Below are positions 20,915 through 35,211 of a DNA stretch of 64,000 bases, in pieces. Positions within the stretch are counted from its first letter, which is position 1. The number at the start of each line of letters is the position of its first letter. The stretch spans positions 32,001-96,000 of the forward strand of contig CAVRCI010000006.1 in NCBI GenBank assembly GCA_963719495.1. The letters are read 5' to 3'. This DNA is from an uncultured Verrucomicrobiae bacterium. Lineage in GTDB: Bacteria; Verrucomicrobiota; Verrucomicrobiia; Chthoniobacterales; JAATET01. Both the position numbers and the translations under genes were made by a program. The notes beneath the pieces are model-generated. The model saw only the letters and a list, made by a program, of their open reading frames with translations. It searched no databases and had not been told where the DNA came from.

Positions 20915-21635
20915 TCAATTTTCGATTTTTGATTCTCGATTTTCGATTGGGATTCTTCGGCGAGCGAGTAGCCGAAGCCGCGGTGGGTGACGATGGGGTC
21001 TTCGTCGGGGCGGAGGGCGTGGAGCTTGGCGCGGAGGGTTTTCACGTGGGCGTCGACGGTGCGGTCGAAGGAAGCCTCGGGTTCGTCCCAGGCGGCGTCC
21101 ATGAGCTGAGCCCGCGAAAAGACCCGGCCAGGCTTGGCGATCAACGCGGAGAGCAGGCGATATTCCGTTCTGGATAATTCGAGCGGGTGGCCGTGGAAAC
21201 GAATCGCGCAGCGCTCGGCGTCGATCTCGAAGCGGCCCGAGTCCGAGGTAGACGCTGCGCCGGGGCGCGCGCGGCGCAGGATGGCCCGGATGCGGGCGGC
21301 GAGTTCGCGCGGGCTGAACGGTTTGGTCACGTAGTCGTCCCCGCCGAGTTCGAGCCCGACCACGCGGTCGATTTCATCGGAGCGCGCGGTCAGAAAAGGA
21401 TCGGCACGTCGGAGTGCGCCCGGATGCTTCGGCAGACGTCGAAACCGGTGATGTCCGGCAGGCCAACGTCGAGGACAATGAGATCAAACCCGGCTTCCGC
21501 AACTGCGGCGAGGGCCTCGGTGCCGGTGCCGCAGCAGTGGGTCCGGCAGCCGTCCGATTCGAGCGGGTATTGGATCGTGTCGCGAATGGAGGGCTCGTCC
21601 TCGACGATCAGGATGCGCGGCGGCGGCGGATTCAT
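20911..21635 (-). CDS. creB: Response regulator CreB (frameshift near 21395)
   Basis: ILIVEDEPSI...LDVGLPDITGF, DDYVTKPFSPREL, winged helix DRTVDAHVKTLRAKL; directly upstream of creC. Confidence 0.85.
20918..20948. repeat. Degenerate heptamer tandem repeat (ttttcga-like); similar tract at 8881-8910
   Basis: attttcg-atttttg-attctcg-attttcg-att; and tttcgag-tctcgag-tttcgag-tttcgag. Confidence 0.6.
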
Positions 21636-21705
21636 CGTCCGCTGAATTACCCTGCGAAACTGGGACGGGCGAGGGTGGAGTTTCCCGTTGAGATCCCGGA
21701 TTCTT

Positions 21706-24756
<3,051 letters not shown>

Positions 24757-26001
24757 CTATCCGAAGATCGGAACGATGTGCCGAACAAGCAGATTGTGCG
24801 TCACGTTACGGTTCACGACTTCGGCGTTCGCTTCGAGCGCGTCGATGAACTCGTCGCCGAGCCGAGCGGCCACCTTGAAACCCACGTGAACGAGTTGGCG
24901 AAGGTGCGGGTTGTAGTCGGCGCAAGCCGGGTCGTGGCGGAGGGCGGCGGCGAACCGGTCGCCGCTCCAGCCCGCGACGTCGTCCGGGGTGGGCAACTGC
25001 GCCCGGTCGATGTCGATGACCGTCGCGTAGGGCGCGGTGAGTTCGTCGAACTTCGCGTGCGCTCCGGCGTGGATTTTCTTCGCGACTTCGAGTCCCGTGC
25101 CGCCGGATTCGGCGAGGCCGATCACTTCCTCGAGCCACGTCGTGCCGGCCGTTTTCACGTGGAGGCCGGCGTCGTGCTGGCGCACGAGGCGGTTGATGAT
25201 CGGGTAGAGCGAAAATTTGTCGCTGCCGGAATGGACGCTGAGCTTGAGCGTCTCGGGCAAACCGAATTCCGCGACGGCGTAGGCGAGCACGCTGAGATCC
25301 TGGTCGAACTCGCGCTCGAACTGCGCGAGGTCGCCGACGTAATCGACGCCCTTGTTGAATCGACCGGTGAACTTCGGCGCGATGGTCTGCACCGGGACGT
25401 TTTCGTCGGCTAGCATGGCGAGGATGAGCAGCAGCTCGACGGGGCTCTGCGGCGTGTCGGTCTCGTCGACCGAGACTTCCGTCACGAATTCGTCGCCTTT
25501 CGCCGCGGCGATGTGCCGGTGAATGCGTCCCGCCTCCTGGGCGGCGAGGAGAAATTTCTCCGCCGCGCGGCGGATCGTGTCCTCGCTGATTTCCAGCGGC
25601 TCGTCGATCCCGGGGACCGCGATACTCCCGATCAACGTCCCGTGCGCTGCGACGAACGCGTCGATGTCCGCAGCGGAGGCGGGTTTCCCGATGGAATCGG
25701 CCACGTCCAGCGTGAAGAAGTCGCTCCCAGCCAGAAAGCCATCAACCGTGCCGAGCCCGATGTGATCCGCGTCGACGTAGTAGGCGCAGTCGTAGCCGAG
25801 CGCGGCGACGGCGGCGTCCGCTTCGGCGCGGAGGTCGTCCGGCTTGGACCCGATGATCGAATGCTCGCGGTTTGATTTGTTCCAGGTCGGGCAAACGTCG
25901 ATGCCGCGCGTGCGGGCGTCGAGGACGGCGGAGAGCTGCGCTTCGCCTTGATGACCGAACCGGTCGCCGCTACCGAAGGTGAATTTCTGGATTGTTTTCA
26001 T
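24757..26001 (-). CDS. uxaE: Tagaturonate/fructuronate epimerase
   Basis: G.GDRF, DADH, EVSVDET, KLSVHSGSDKF, HVKTAGTTWLE. Confidence 0.88.
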   Translation of the reverse strand: MKTIQKFTFGSGDRFGHQGEAQLSAVLDARTRGIDVCPTWNKSNREHSIIGSKPDDLRAEADAAVAALGYDCAYYVDADHIGLGTVDGFLAGSDFFTLDVADSIGKPASAADIDAFVAAHGTLIGSIAVPGIDEPLEISEDTIRRAAEKFLLAAQEAGRIHRHIAAAKGDEFVTEVSVDETDTPQSPVELLLILAMLADENVPVQTIAPKFTGRFNKGVDYVGDLAQFEREFDQDLSVLAYAVAEFGLPETLKLSVHSGSDKFSLYPIINRLVRQHDAGLHVKTAGTTWLEEVIGLAESGGTGLEVAKKIHAGAHAKFDELTAPYATVIDIDRAQLPTPDDVAGWSGDRFAAALRHDPACADYNPHLRQLVHVGFKVAARLGDEFIDALEANAEVVNRNVTHNLLVRHIVPIFG

Positions 26002-26023
26002 GATTTTGGAAACTGGCCGCGCG

Positions 26024-27454
26024 TCAGACCTTGCCGCGTTGAGCTTCGAGCTGCGCGCGGATTTCTTCCATCCGCGCGGGACTCAGGGGATACAAGCGCA
26101 ACAGCAGCAGCGCGCAAATCCAAAAGCCCATCGGCAGGAAAACGTACCATTCCAGCATGCGTTCGAGTGTCTCGGGCGGTTGGGTCTTGCCGTATTTCAC
26201 GACGTCGAAGCCGGTCCAGACGAGGATGAAACCCGCCAGGCCGGTCGTCAGGGTGGCGGACAATTTGAAGATCCACGAGAAGATCGCGGAGAAGCTGCCC
26301 TCGCGTCGTTCGTGGGTGTGGAGCTCGTCGAAGTCGACAATGTCGGCTTGCATCGAGGGGATGAGCATCCACATCGCGACACCGAAGGCCGAGAGGAAGA
26401 CGTGCGGCAGGATCTGTAAATACGGCTGCTCCGGCGTGTAGCAGAAGTAGATGAGAATATTGGCGATGAAGCCCATCGAGAGCGTGAGGGCGAGGGCTTT
26501 CGTCTTGCCGATGCGCTCGCTGACCCACGTCCAGAACGGGACGCTGAGGAGGCCGGGGATGAAGGTCGCCGTGGACTTCCAACCCTGGATCAGCGAGGCG
26601 GTGCCGAGGTCGCCTTGGTTGATGTAATAGATGTTGAGGTAGAGGCCGAGGCTGCTGACGAGGGTGGAGCCGACGGTATTGAAGAGGACGATCCCGAGGA
26701 CGAGTTGGAAGGGACGGCAGGACAGTGTCTCGCGCATGCTTTTGATGAGCGGAATCTTCGGCTGATCCTTGGCCTCCTTCGCGTAGTAGCGCTCCTTGAC
26801 GAAAACGCCGGGCAGGATGGCGACGGACAGAATGATCAATCCCATGACCCAACCCATCACGCTCATGCCCTTGGCGATGTCGGGTTCGCCGGTGAGCGGG
26901 TCGGCGAAGGCGGGCAGCGCCGTGAGGGCCAGCATCCAGCCGCCGAGCAGGCCGACGAATTTGGAAAAGATGGTCCGCCACGCCACGATGCGGGTTCGTT
27001 CGTAGTAGTTCGGCGTCATCTCCATGCCGAGGCTGTAGTAGGGCATCGCCCACATGGTGAAGCAGGTGTAGAAAAGCAGTCCGACGCCGACCATGTAGGC
27101 GATGAGCGCCGTTTGACTCCAATCCGGCGAGGGCTGCCAGAGCAGCGGCATCACGAGGCCGGTGAGGATGCCGCCGACAACGATGAAGGGGCGGCGTCGG
27201 CCCCAACGGGAACGCGTGTTGTCGGAGATGTTGCCCATGATGGGATCCGCGAGCGCGTCCCAGAGTTGGTAGACCATGAGCACGCTGCCGATAATCGCCG
27301 GGCTGATGCCGAGGCCGATGTTGTAGACCGGCACGAACATGTTCTTGGTCACCGCATTCGACAATTGCTCGGTCATCCCGCCGAGGCCGTAGGCAATTTT
27401 GTGCCAGAAGGGAGCCTTGTCTTCTTGGCGGATTCGGGGGGGGGAAGAACTCAT
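26024..27454 (-). CDS. MFS glycoside-pentoside-hexuronide transporter
   Basis: WDALADPIMGNISDNTRSRWGRRRPF, EMTPNYYERT, ADIVDFDEL...RREG. Confidence 0.92.
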   Translation of the reverse strand: MSSSPPRIRQEDKAPFWHKIAYGLGGMTEQLSNAVTKNMFVPVYNIGLGISPAIIGSVLMVYQLWDALADPIMGNISDNTRSRWGRRRPFIVVGGILTGLVMPLLWQPSPDWSQTALIAYMVGVGLLFYTCFTMWAMPYYSLGMEMTPNYYERTRIVAWRTIFSKFVGLLGGWMLALTALPAFADPLTGEPDIAKGMSVMGWVMGLIILSVAILPGVFVKERYYAKEAKDQPKIPLIKSMRETLSCRPFQLVLGIVLFNTVGSTLVSSLGLYLNIYYINQGDLGTASLIQGWKSTATFIPGLLSVPFWTWVSERIGKTKALALTLSMGFIANILIYFCYTPEQPYLQILPHVFLSAFGVAMWMLIPSMQADIVDFDELHTHERREGSFSAIFSWIFKLSATLTTGLAGFILVWTGFDVVKYGKTQPPETLERMLEWYVFLPMGFWICALLLLRLYPLSPARMEEIRAQLEAQRGKV

Positions 27455-27515
27455 AATTTAAACAGGGAACCCGCACATTCACCGGGGTGGGTCGGTCAAC
27501 CAATCCGGGGGTAGT

Positions 27516-27525
27516 TTAACGTTAA
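27516..27525. promoter_or_regulatory. LacI-type operator-like palindrome TTAACGTTAA
   Basis: Perfect palindrome ~60 nt upstream of the MFS start; four related copies elsewhere in the cluster. Confidence 0.6.
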
Positions 27526-27571
27526 GCACTTCGACCGGGTGGCGCTCGATCGACCGCTCGGATGATGAAAG

Positions 27572-27603
27572 AAAAACGGTGGCACCCTTGGGGGATGCCA
27601 CCG
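27572..27603 (-). terminator. Rho-independent terminator after the PEP-CTERM gene
   Basis: cggtggca...tgccaccg hairpin with a U-tract on the minus strand. Confidence 0.6.
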
Positions 27604-27637
27604 CGAATCAGTGGGTGCCGTGGAACGACGACGCGAG

Positions 27638-28312
27638 TCAGGCTGCTGAGCGATTCGTCTGCCGACGGCGCAGGATGACTAGCAGGCAGCCTCCGCCGAT
27701 CAGGAGAGCGACGCTGCTGGGCTCGGGGACGGCGGTGACGTCGCCGTTGAGCACGACGTTGTCGACGCCGGAAAGGCGGGTCAAACTTGGGCTGTTAGAA
27801 TCGTCCGTGAAATAGATGCGAAATGTGATTGGAGTTGATAAACCTTGGAAGCTCGCGGAACTCAGACTGACGGATTTTGGAGTGAAGGTATTTTGACTGA
27901 CGACTTGGTTGTCTGGCGTGATAGTCAAATCGGTGTCGAAGGCAACTGCGCCAATGTCTGACCGAACAAAATAGCTCACCGGACCAACGTTCGCATTCTC
28001 GAAGATTCCGTCGAAGGTCAACGAGGTGAGGTCGACGGTGGTCAATGCGGGAATCGTGAGAGTGAAGGTGAAATAGATCTCGGCATCGAAATTCTCCGGA
28101 ACCTGTCCCGTCTGCACCGAGCGATACTGGTTGCTCGAGACCGTGCTGAAGCCCGGCGTCCAGCCCGCGTTGTCGAACGTGGAGGCGGTCGTCAGCGGTT
28201 CGCTGTCACCGGAAGCGGTGTTCGTAGTGAAGTCGTAGCTGGCCAGCACGACGGCTTGGGCGGGACTCGACGCGATCGCGACGAAGGCGAGAATGGAGAG
28301 GGCTCTTTTCAT
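27638..28312 (-). CDS. PEP-CTERM sorted secreted protein
   Basis: Signal peptide; ends AVPEPSS, TM segment, RRR. Confidence 0.9.
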   Translation of the reverse strand: MKRALSILAFVAIASSPAQAVVLASYDFTTNTASGDSEPLTTASTFDNAGWTPGFSTVSSNQYRSVQTGQVPENFDAEIYFTFTLTIPALTTVDLTSLTFDGIFENANVGPVSYFVRSDIGAVAFDTDLTITPDNQVVSQNTFTPKSVSLSSASFQGLSTPITFRIYFTDDSNSPSLTRLSGVDNVVLNGDVTAVPEPSSVALLIGGGCLLVILRRRQTNRSAA

Positions 28313-28420
28313 GGTAGGACGGGTAGGTTCGGGGTGGATGACCGGAACGAGGATCCCGGCCTTTGTCGTTGAATGGCTGAAGGTAGCCCAGCCCACCCAC
28401 CCCCGCGAATTCGTTGTCGT

Positions 28421-28430
28421 TATACGTTAA
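28421..28430. promoter_or_regulatory. Operator-like motif TATACGTTAA
   Basis: Variant upstream of the PEP-CTERM gene; overlaps the GH2 stop codon. Confidence 0.4.
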
Positions 28431-30100
28431 CCCACGCTTTTCCGAAAAACTTCCCGCACCACGGCGCAGGCGGCTTTCGGGCGGCGGTATTCGTCGAACG
28501 TTCCTTTGTTGTTGTAACCGCGCGGACGGCGGATGAGCTGCTCGTTGCGGTCGACGCGGGCGTCGGAGAAGTGCCAGATCGCCAGGCCGGCGATGGCGGG
28601 ATTGCCAACGGCTTCTTCGCAGAAGACGCGCAGGTATTCGGCCTGATACTCCTCGGTGAAAAATCCGTTGAGCGGATCGTGCCAGCCCGGGAGCGCCTCG
28701 GCACCGGTCTCGCTGATGACGTAGGGTTTGTCGAATTGCGCGACGTGGGCGAGGCATTCGTGGACCCGCGGGAGGATGAGGCTGAGCGGATCGGGGTGCT
28801 CGCCGGTGTCATACCAGCCCGGGTAGAGGTTGTGGTTGATGATGTCGACCTGGTCGTGGAAGAGGTCGTCGAGCGGGAACATGCTGGCGCAGGCGACGAG
28901 GCGGTCGGGGTCACGTTCGCGGAGCCGCGCGACGGATTCCTCGAAGATCGGGCGGGTGGATTCCTCGTTGGTGCCGGCTTCGTTGAGGAAACCCCAGATG
29001 ATCACGCACGGGTGGTTGACGCTGGCGTCGACCATTTCGTCGAGCATGCGAAGGTGGGACTGGCGGAAGTGCGGGTCGGTGAGTTGGCGCTCGCGCTGAC
29101 CCCAGCCGAGCCCCTCCTCCCAGACGAGGATTCCGAGTTCGTCGCACAGATCGAGAAACCGCTGGTCCTGCGGGTAGTGACTGCCGCGAACGAAATTGCA
29201 GCCCAGATCCTCGAGCAAATGAAGGTCGATGAGATGCTGCGCGGGCGAGACCGACGAGCCGGTGTCGGGGTGAAATTCGTGGCGGTTGTAGCCGAGGAGT
29301 TTGATCGGCTGGTCGTTGAGGAGAATTTCCCGGCCCGACGTGCGGATCGTGCGCAGGCCGAAGCGGACGATGAGGTCGTCTTCGCCAACGCGGATGGCGA
29401 GCGTGTGAAGGTGCGGCGCGTCCGGCGACCACGGGCGGGGGTCGGGGACGCTGAGCTCGATTGAGAATTCCGAACCCGACACCGCGTGGACTCCCGACGC
29501 CGCACCATCGATCGAGGTCGTCACTTCGGCTGCCGCGGCGGAGAGCCGGACCGTGACGGTGATCATCCCGGCGACGAAATCGTCCACGCGGACGTGGGCC
29601 GAGCGGACGTATGTCTCGGGCACCTCGTGCAGCCACGCGGAGCGCGTGATCCCGCCCCACTGGTAGAAGTCGAAGAATTGCTCGTGGAGCGGCGTCCGTT
29701 GCCAGTCGAAGCGGTTGTCGACGACCACGATGATCTCCGTCGATTCCCGCTCGCTGGCACCCGCGTCGCACCAGAATCCGGTGTAACCGCAGTCGTGATC
29801 GGTGAGCGCGACGCCGTCGACGAAGACGCGGCACCAGAGACTGACCGCCTCGAAGTGAAGCAGGCGGCGGCGACCAGGCGTGGTCGGAATGGAGCGGCGG
29901 TAAACGGCGACGCCACGCCGTCCCATCAGCCGGGGCAGGGAGTCGAAAGCCGCCGGGACGAGCATTCGATCCGCGAAGTCGACGGAACCCAGGTCGACGG
30001 AATCGCCATCGACGTCGCCGAGAAAGGAAAAGTCCCAACTCCCATCGAGGGAATGGACGACGCGGCGCTGATGCTGAGGGAAGGGCTTGTTGATGGTCAT
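28427..30100 (-). CDS. GH2 beta-glucuronidase-like glycoside hydrolase
   Basis: GYNRHE, NFVRGSHYPQD, WGFLNE, ISETGAEA, W.FSD, NNKG.FD.YRRPK. Confidence 0.85.
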   Translation of the reverse strand: MTINKPFPQHQRRVVHSLDGSWDFSFLGDVDGDSVDLGSVDFADRMLVPAAFDSLPRLMGRRGVAVYRRSIPTTPGRRRLLHFEAVSLWCRVFVDGVALTDHDCGYTGFWCDAGASERESTEIIVVVDNRFDWQRTPLHEQFFDFYQWGGITRSAWLHEVPETYVRSAHVRVDDFVAGMITVTVRLSAAAAEVTTSIDGAASGVHAVSGSEFSIELSVPDPRPWSPDAPHLHTLAIRVGEDDLIVRFGLRTIRTSGREILLNDQPIKLLGYNRHEFHPDTGSSVSPAQHLIDLHLLEDLGCNFVRGSHYPQDQRFLDLCDELGILVWEEGLGWGQRERQLTDPHFRQSHLRMLDEMVDASVNHPCVIIWGFLNEAGTNEESTRPIFEESVARLRERDPDRLVACASMFPLDDLFHDQVDIINHNLYPGWYDTGEHPDPLSLILPRVHECLAHVAQFDKPYVISETGAEALPGWHDPLNGFFTEEYQAEYLRVFCEEAVGNPAIAGLAIWHFSDARVDRNEQLIRRPRGYNNKGTFDEYRRPKAACAVVREVFRKSVG

Positions 30101-30158
30101 GGGAGTGGCGGGTGGGAAAGGATAGCGGGACACCGAGTGATCCCAATTCGAGGCGGGT

Positions 30159-30168
30159 TTTACGTTAA
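30159..30168. promoter_or_regulatory. Operator-like motif TTTACGTTAA
   Basis: ~60 nt upstream of the GH2 start; the 15-mer gttttacgttaagcc recurs at 42716. Confidence 0.55.
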
Positions 30169-31277
30169 GCCGTCGCGGCGAGCAGGTCGGCGGTGGCGGT
30201 GAACGCGACGTCGAGCCGACCGCGCACGGTGGTCGTGTAAGCGACGAATTCTTCCCCGAGGACGAAGCGGGGGTGCGGGTCGATGTGGTATTTCGAGCCG
30301 ACTTCACCGATCAGCTCGGGATTGTGAGCGATCTCGATCTGGCGACCGGTGGGGAGATTTTTGAACGTCACCCGCGATTCGCAGCCGCGAAAAAATTTCC
30401 CGTGGCGGTCCCCGACGAGCAGCGTGTCGTCGGAGTTGGCGTGCGTGTGCCAGGTGGCGCCGGGCCAGACGGGTTCGCGCCGCCGGGTCGCCAGATCGAC
30501 CCGGAACGTGCCGTCGCCGTCGATGGCGTAGATCGCGCGTCCGTCGGCGCTCCACCATTCGTGCGTGCAGACGGTCGGCGTCGGCAGGACGGGGCGCGGG
30601 CTTTCACCGCGCCGCAGGGTCCACATGCGGTCGTCGCACGAAATCCGCCGCCCGGTGATCGGGTCGACGTGGATTTCCTGCGAGAAAAGCACGAGGTCGG
30701 GATCGGTCGGATGAAATTGCGCGTGGTCCCAGGTGCCGTCGAGTTCCGCCCAGCAATCGAACGCCCCGGTCGCAATGGTCATCGTGCCGAGGTAGGTCTT
30801 CGCCGGGGTGCGCAGGTCGATGAAAAATTCCCGCCCGTCCGCCGATCGCGAGAGGTGCGTGACCGTGCAGGTGACGTCGCGCCAACCGATGAGATCCTTC
30901 GGGACTTCGCCGATCTTCTCGGCCCGGTCACTGGAGCGCGGTCCGCGTTTCCAGATCGCGCGCCCCGTTCCCCAGAAGACCTCGCCGGTGTCGGGGTCGA
31001 CCCATGGTGAGGCGTGGGAAAATTGAGTCTCGGGAAAATGGCGGATGTCGCCGTCGACGAAATCGATCACCCCGAGCGTGCGCCCCGCGTTCGCGTCGCC
31101 GGACGGCGGGAAGGCGCAGTAGAACCAAAAGAACCGCCGGTCTCGGGACGAGCCGTCGTTGACGTAATAGAACGTCTGCTGCTGCGGGGCGACGCGTTGG
31201 TCGAGCAGGTGGCTCGTGATGCCCGTGTCGGGATGAACGTGGGCTCGAAAAAGGGGGGATTGGGAAATCGAAATCAT
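30165..31277 (-). CDS. Oligogalacturonate-lyase-like (PL22-like) beta-propeller protein
   Basis: HAQFHPTDPDLVLF, THEWWSADG, WHTHAN.D..L.VGD, DPHPRF. Confidence 0.55.
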   Translation of the reverse strand: MISISQSPLFRAHVHPDTGITSHLLDQRVAPQQQTFYYVNDGSSRDRRFFWFYCAFPPSGDANAGRTLGVIDFVDGDIRHFPETQFSHASPWVDPDTGEVFWGTGRAIWKRGPRSSDRAEKIGEVPKDLIGWRDVTCTVTHLSRSADGREFFIDLRTPAKTYLGTMTIATGAFDCWAELDGTWDHAQFHPTDPDLVLFSQEIHVDPITGRRISCDDRMWTLRRGESPRPVLPTPTVCTHEWWSADGRAIYAIDGDGTFRVDLATRRREPVWPGATWHTHANSDDTLLVGDRHGKFFRGCESRVTFKNLPTGRQIEIAHNPELIGEVGSKYHIDPHPRFVLGEEFVAYTTTVRGRLDVAFTATADLLAATA

Positions 31278-31336
31278 CGAGCGGGCGGGTTGGAGGTTGA
31301 AAAATTTCCCGGCGGAGCGTTGGGTGCGGGTGCCCC

Positions 31337-32436
31337 ATGAACAAACGTCGAGTGACTCTGCGCGATATCGCGGAGCGAGCCAAATTGTCCCGAGCGGCGG
31401 TCTCGTTCGCGCTGCGCAATCATCCGCGGATGCCCCAGAGCACCATCGACCGGGTGCAAATAGATCGCGCGCGAACTCGGTTACGCGCCCGACCCCGACG
31501 TGTCGAAATTGATGGCCCACGTCCGCGGCAACCAATCGACTCCCTACCGGGCGACCATCGCGTGGCTGACTGCGTGGCCGACCGAGGAGGGCTGGCATCC
31601 TTATCGCAAAAACCTCCGCATTTTCGACGGCGCGCAACGCCGGGCCGAAAGCCTCGGCTACCTGCTGGAACCCTTCTGGTTGCGGGCCGAGGGGATGACC
31701 GGAAAGCGCGCCGTGTCCATCCTGCAGGCGCGCGGGGTCGAGGCCGCCATCGTGGCGCCGCTCCCCGACGGCATGACGACGATCGATTTCGAATGGTCGG
31801 CCTTCTCCATCGCGGCGATCGGGCACTCGCTCGAGGACCCCGACATCCACCGCGTCGAAAGCGCCCACGCCGACAATTTCGAATTGGCCCTGCGAAAAAT
31901 TCGTGAGCGCGGGGTGACGAGGATCGGCTTCGTCGAGACCGAGGGCACCGACTCCCGCGTCGCCCACGCTTGGACGGGAGCGTTCCTCGCGGATCAGCAA
32001 AATCTGCCGCGACAGCACCGCGTGCCGCTTGTTGAAGAAGCCGCGGATCCGCGAGCAGGACTTTGCCGCCTGGTTCGCCCGCCACGCGCCCCAGGTGATC
32101 ATCTCCAACGAATGCCCGATTCTCGAGTGGTTGAGCGGCATCGGCCTCGAGGTGCCGGGCGACGTCGGGCACGTGCGCCTGGACTGCGCCGCCCCGGAAC
32201 TCGCGGGCCGTTACAAGATGCGCGCCTCCGACACGTGGTTTTCCGGGATCGACCAGATGGCGGAAGAGGTCGGCGTCTCCGCCGTGGATCTCGTCGTCGG
32301 TCAGCTTCACATGCGCGAAACCGGCGTCCCCTCCCACCCCCGAATGGCGCTCGTGAAAGGTCGGTGGCTCGACCTCGACACGTTCGCTCCCGAGAAAAAA
32401 CGGACGCGCGCCAAATCCAAGCGCAAGTCCGCCTGA
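31337..32436 (+). CDS. LacI-family transcriptional regulator (frameshifts near 31460 and 32050)
   Basis: HTH VTLRDIAERAKLSRAAVSFALRNHP; sensor domain RIGFV, VPGDVG...SGIDQ. Confidence 0.85.
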
Positions 32437-32450
32437 GCCAGCAACCGTCC

Positions 32451-33617
32451 TCACGGCAACCCAACCTCGCGGCGCAGCCCGGTCATCGTCTCGCGGTGGC
32501 GTTCCGCGACGAAGTCCCGCGCGTGGCCGGTGGCGACCCGGGCCGCCGGCAGATTTTGCGCCCAATCGATCACGAACGCGGCGAAGCGATCCCGGTCCGC
32601 CGCCCGGTCGAAGTCGAAGAGCCAATCGCCCAGACCGATGTCCCGCCACATGAAGCCCTTGCTGGTCTGCTCCTCCCAGCGCGCGACGATTGCGGGAATC
32701 CCGTGTCCGACGGCCATGATCGGGCTGTGCATTTCGTTCCCGAAGATCCCCGCACTTCGGCGGTAGGTCGAGAGGGCTTCGTCCGTGAGCCAGTAGTCCT
32801 CCCGCCAGACGACCCGCTCGCGCACGTCCGGGGTCAGGGGTTCGTAGAGCATTTCGCGGGCGGCTTCCATCTGGGTGCGATCCTCCGGGCAGAGCAGAAT
32901 CTTCAGATTCGTCGACCGCACGATTCCGCGGATCGCGTCGCGGAGCGGCGCGTGATCCTGCTCCTTGAGGGCGTTGTTGCGAGCTTCCTTCACGAGATCG
33001 GGACCACGATTTTTCTCCGGGATCATCCAGTGCGGCGTATTCCGGTAGCGGGCGATGCAGCAGAGAAATTTTCCATCCTCCAGTTCGTTCGCGCGGAGAA
33101 AACGCTCCGCCTCGCCGTCGTCGACCAGATCCACGGCGAAGGCGGCGTCGGGCGTGAATCCCATCACCGGACACGCCACGCCGCGTTCGCGGGCCAACTC
33201 CAGCGACACCGTGTCGCGGAAATACACGAACCGCGCCGCGTCCAGCAGTTGCTTCACGGGATCGGTCAGCCGCACGGATGGCAGCGTGATCCCGTAGACG
33301 CCGTAGGGTTTTCCCGTCTCCGCCCGCCACCGCGCAACCGCATCCTCCCCCACCAGATACGGACCGGAGCCGTGCAGCAGGAAGTCGCATTCCGCGAGCG
33401 CGGCGGAGATTTCCGCCTCGGTTTGCACGATTGGCACGTCGGGAAAACGGCGGCGGAGCGTCGCCTCGACCCCGTGGCTCACGTCGCTCGGCCACAGGCG
33501 GATCTTCGCCTCCGGCAGATGGCGCTCGAGCAGGGCGAGTAATCCCGGGGAATGCCCGATGTCGCCGATGTTGAGCGTCTGCCAGGAGGACCGGACGAGG
33601 ATGGCGGGCGGCCTCAA
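32451..33617 (-). CDS. Polysaccharide pyruvyl transferase family protein
   Basis: SSWQTLNIGDIGH.PG, LHGSGP, YFRD..S, F.PDAAF, EMHSPI. Confidence 0.8.
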   Translation of the reverse strand: MRPPAILVRSSWQTLNIGDIGHSPGLLALLERHLPEAKIRLWPSDVSHGVEATLRRRFPDVPIVQTEAEISAALAECDFLLHGSGPYLVGEDAVARWRAETGKPYGVYGITLPSVRLTDPVKQLLDAARFVYFRDTVSLELARERGVACPVMGFTPDAAFAVDLVDDGEAERFLRANELEDGKFLCCIARYRNTPHWMIPEKNRGPDLVKEARNNALKEQDHAPLRDAIRGIVRSTNLKILLCPEDRTQMEAAREMLYEPLTPDVRERVVWREDYWLTDEALSTYRRSAGIFGNEMHSPIMAVGHGIPAIVARWEEQTSKGFMWRDIGLGDWLFDFDRAADRDRFAAFVIDWAQNLPAARVATGHARDFVAERHRETMTGLRREVGLP

Positions 33618-34937
33618 CGGCCCGCCTCCGACTCGACGAATTGCCGCTGCTCCCGGAGCACGTCGCGGATTTCGCGGGCTTCGATTCCTCGGGAATCGCC
33701 CGCCGCCCGGGTCGCCGCAAGCGCCGCCGCGACGCCCGCCGCCTGACCAATCGCGCTCAGCGGGGCCATCACACGATAAGCGGAGTGCGCCTCGTGGCTG
33801 CCGCTGATGCAGCGCGACCCGAGGAGCAGATTGTCGAACCCCCGCGCTCGCAGGCTCCGGTAAGGAACGTGAAAATACCCCGGCGGCGCGATGTGTTCCA
33901 TCCGCGTCCCGGCTCCAGCCGGATCGTGAATGTCCAGGTGGTAGGCGCAGGCCGCGACCATGTCGGGAAATTTCCGGGCCGACAGACAATCCTCCGCCGT
34001 GAGCACGTAATCGCCAATCACGCGGCGGCCTTCGCGCACGCCCATCCGCGTCGCGACGAAGTCCATCGTCGCGTTCGCAAAGGCGGGGTGGTGGCGGATC
34101 GATTCGAAGAACTCGGTCGCCTGCCGCCGACCCTCGGCCAGCGCGGCCTCCATCGAAGCCGCGTTCGTCGGATCGGCCCCCAATACGCGCGTTTGATTGA
34201 AAAGCAGCGCCCGCCCGTTGGGATACGGGAAGCACAGCACGTTGTCGCGCGGGTTTGTCGTCCCGCCGCTCCGCTTGAGGTCGAGGTAAAGCGGCAACAG
34301 CTCGGCGCGCAGGGACCGAATGCCCGCCCACGAACCGATGTCGGGATCGGCGAGTCGGTCGAGATCCACGCCGGAGACCTTGAAAGTAAACGTCGCCGGC
34401 TGCATTTGCCCGTCGACCTCCCGCCCCAGCTCGGTCTCCGCACCAGCCAGCGCGGAGAGGTTGCCGTCGGCCGTCGAGTCCACGAAGACCGCCGCGTGAA
34501 CGCGCCGCCCGTCAGCCAATTCCACCGCCGCCACGCGCGACCCGGAACGCTCGACCGCAGTCACGGCGGCATTCGTGAGCACCGCGAGATTCCGGTTCCG
34601 CCGCGAGAAGCTCGCGGTAGCGGCGGGCCAACTCGACCTCGTCGTAGGTCGGGACCCGGTCCCAGGGCGCGCCACCGTTCTCGGGATAAACGTCGGGAAA
34701 AAGCTCCGCGTGCAGGCCGCGATTGATCGGCTCCCGGTCGTCGTCCCAAAATCGACACACCAATGAGACGGGCGAGTGGACCCCGGTGCCGCCAATCTCC
34801 GCCGCCGCCTCGACCAGCAGCACCCGCGCGCCTGCGCGCGCCGCCCCGATGGCCGCACAGATCCCGCCGACGCCCGCCCCGGCCACCAAGACGTCGGGGT
34901 CGGAGGGAGCGGGCATCTCGGAGGCGTTCATCATCAT
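33614..34937 (-). CDS. FAD-dependent oxidoreductase (frameshift near 34590)
   Basis: DVLVAGAGVGG..AAI.AAR.G, VDSTADG, GVREGRR, VPYRSL, GRCIS-like motif. Confidence 0.85.
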
Positions 34938-35211
34938 CCATCATGCGTGCGACCCCGCCAAAGGCAACGGCGTCCCCATGTCTGTCGCGTCGGAAAAGCT
35001 ATCGATTCTGATCAGCTCGATGCCTCTTCTCTGGCGGGCGAACGGGGTCGGCATGCTCGAAATGCGTATCTTTTTGCGCGATCCACGTGACTGCGTTCGT
35101 TTGCCCGGATGGGTTTACTGCCTATACTTTCGAACTTCCGCGGTCGCCCTCCGTGCTCCGCCGTCGCGACTCCAACCCTCCAAATTCACTCCATAACCCG
35201 GCAAATCCTCC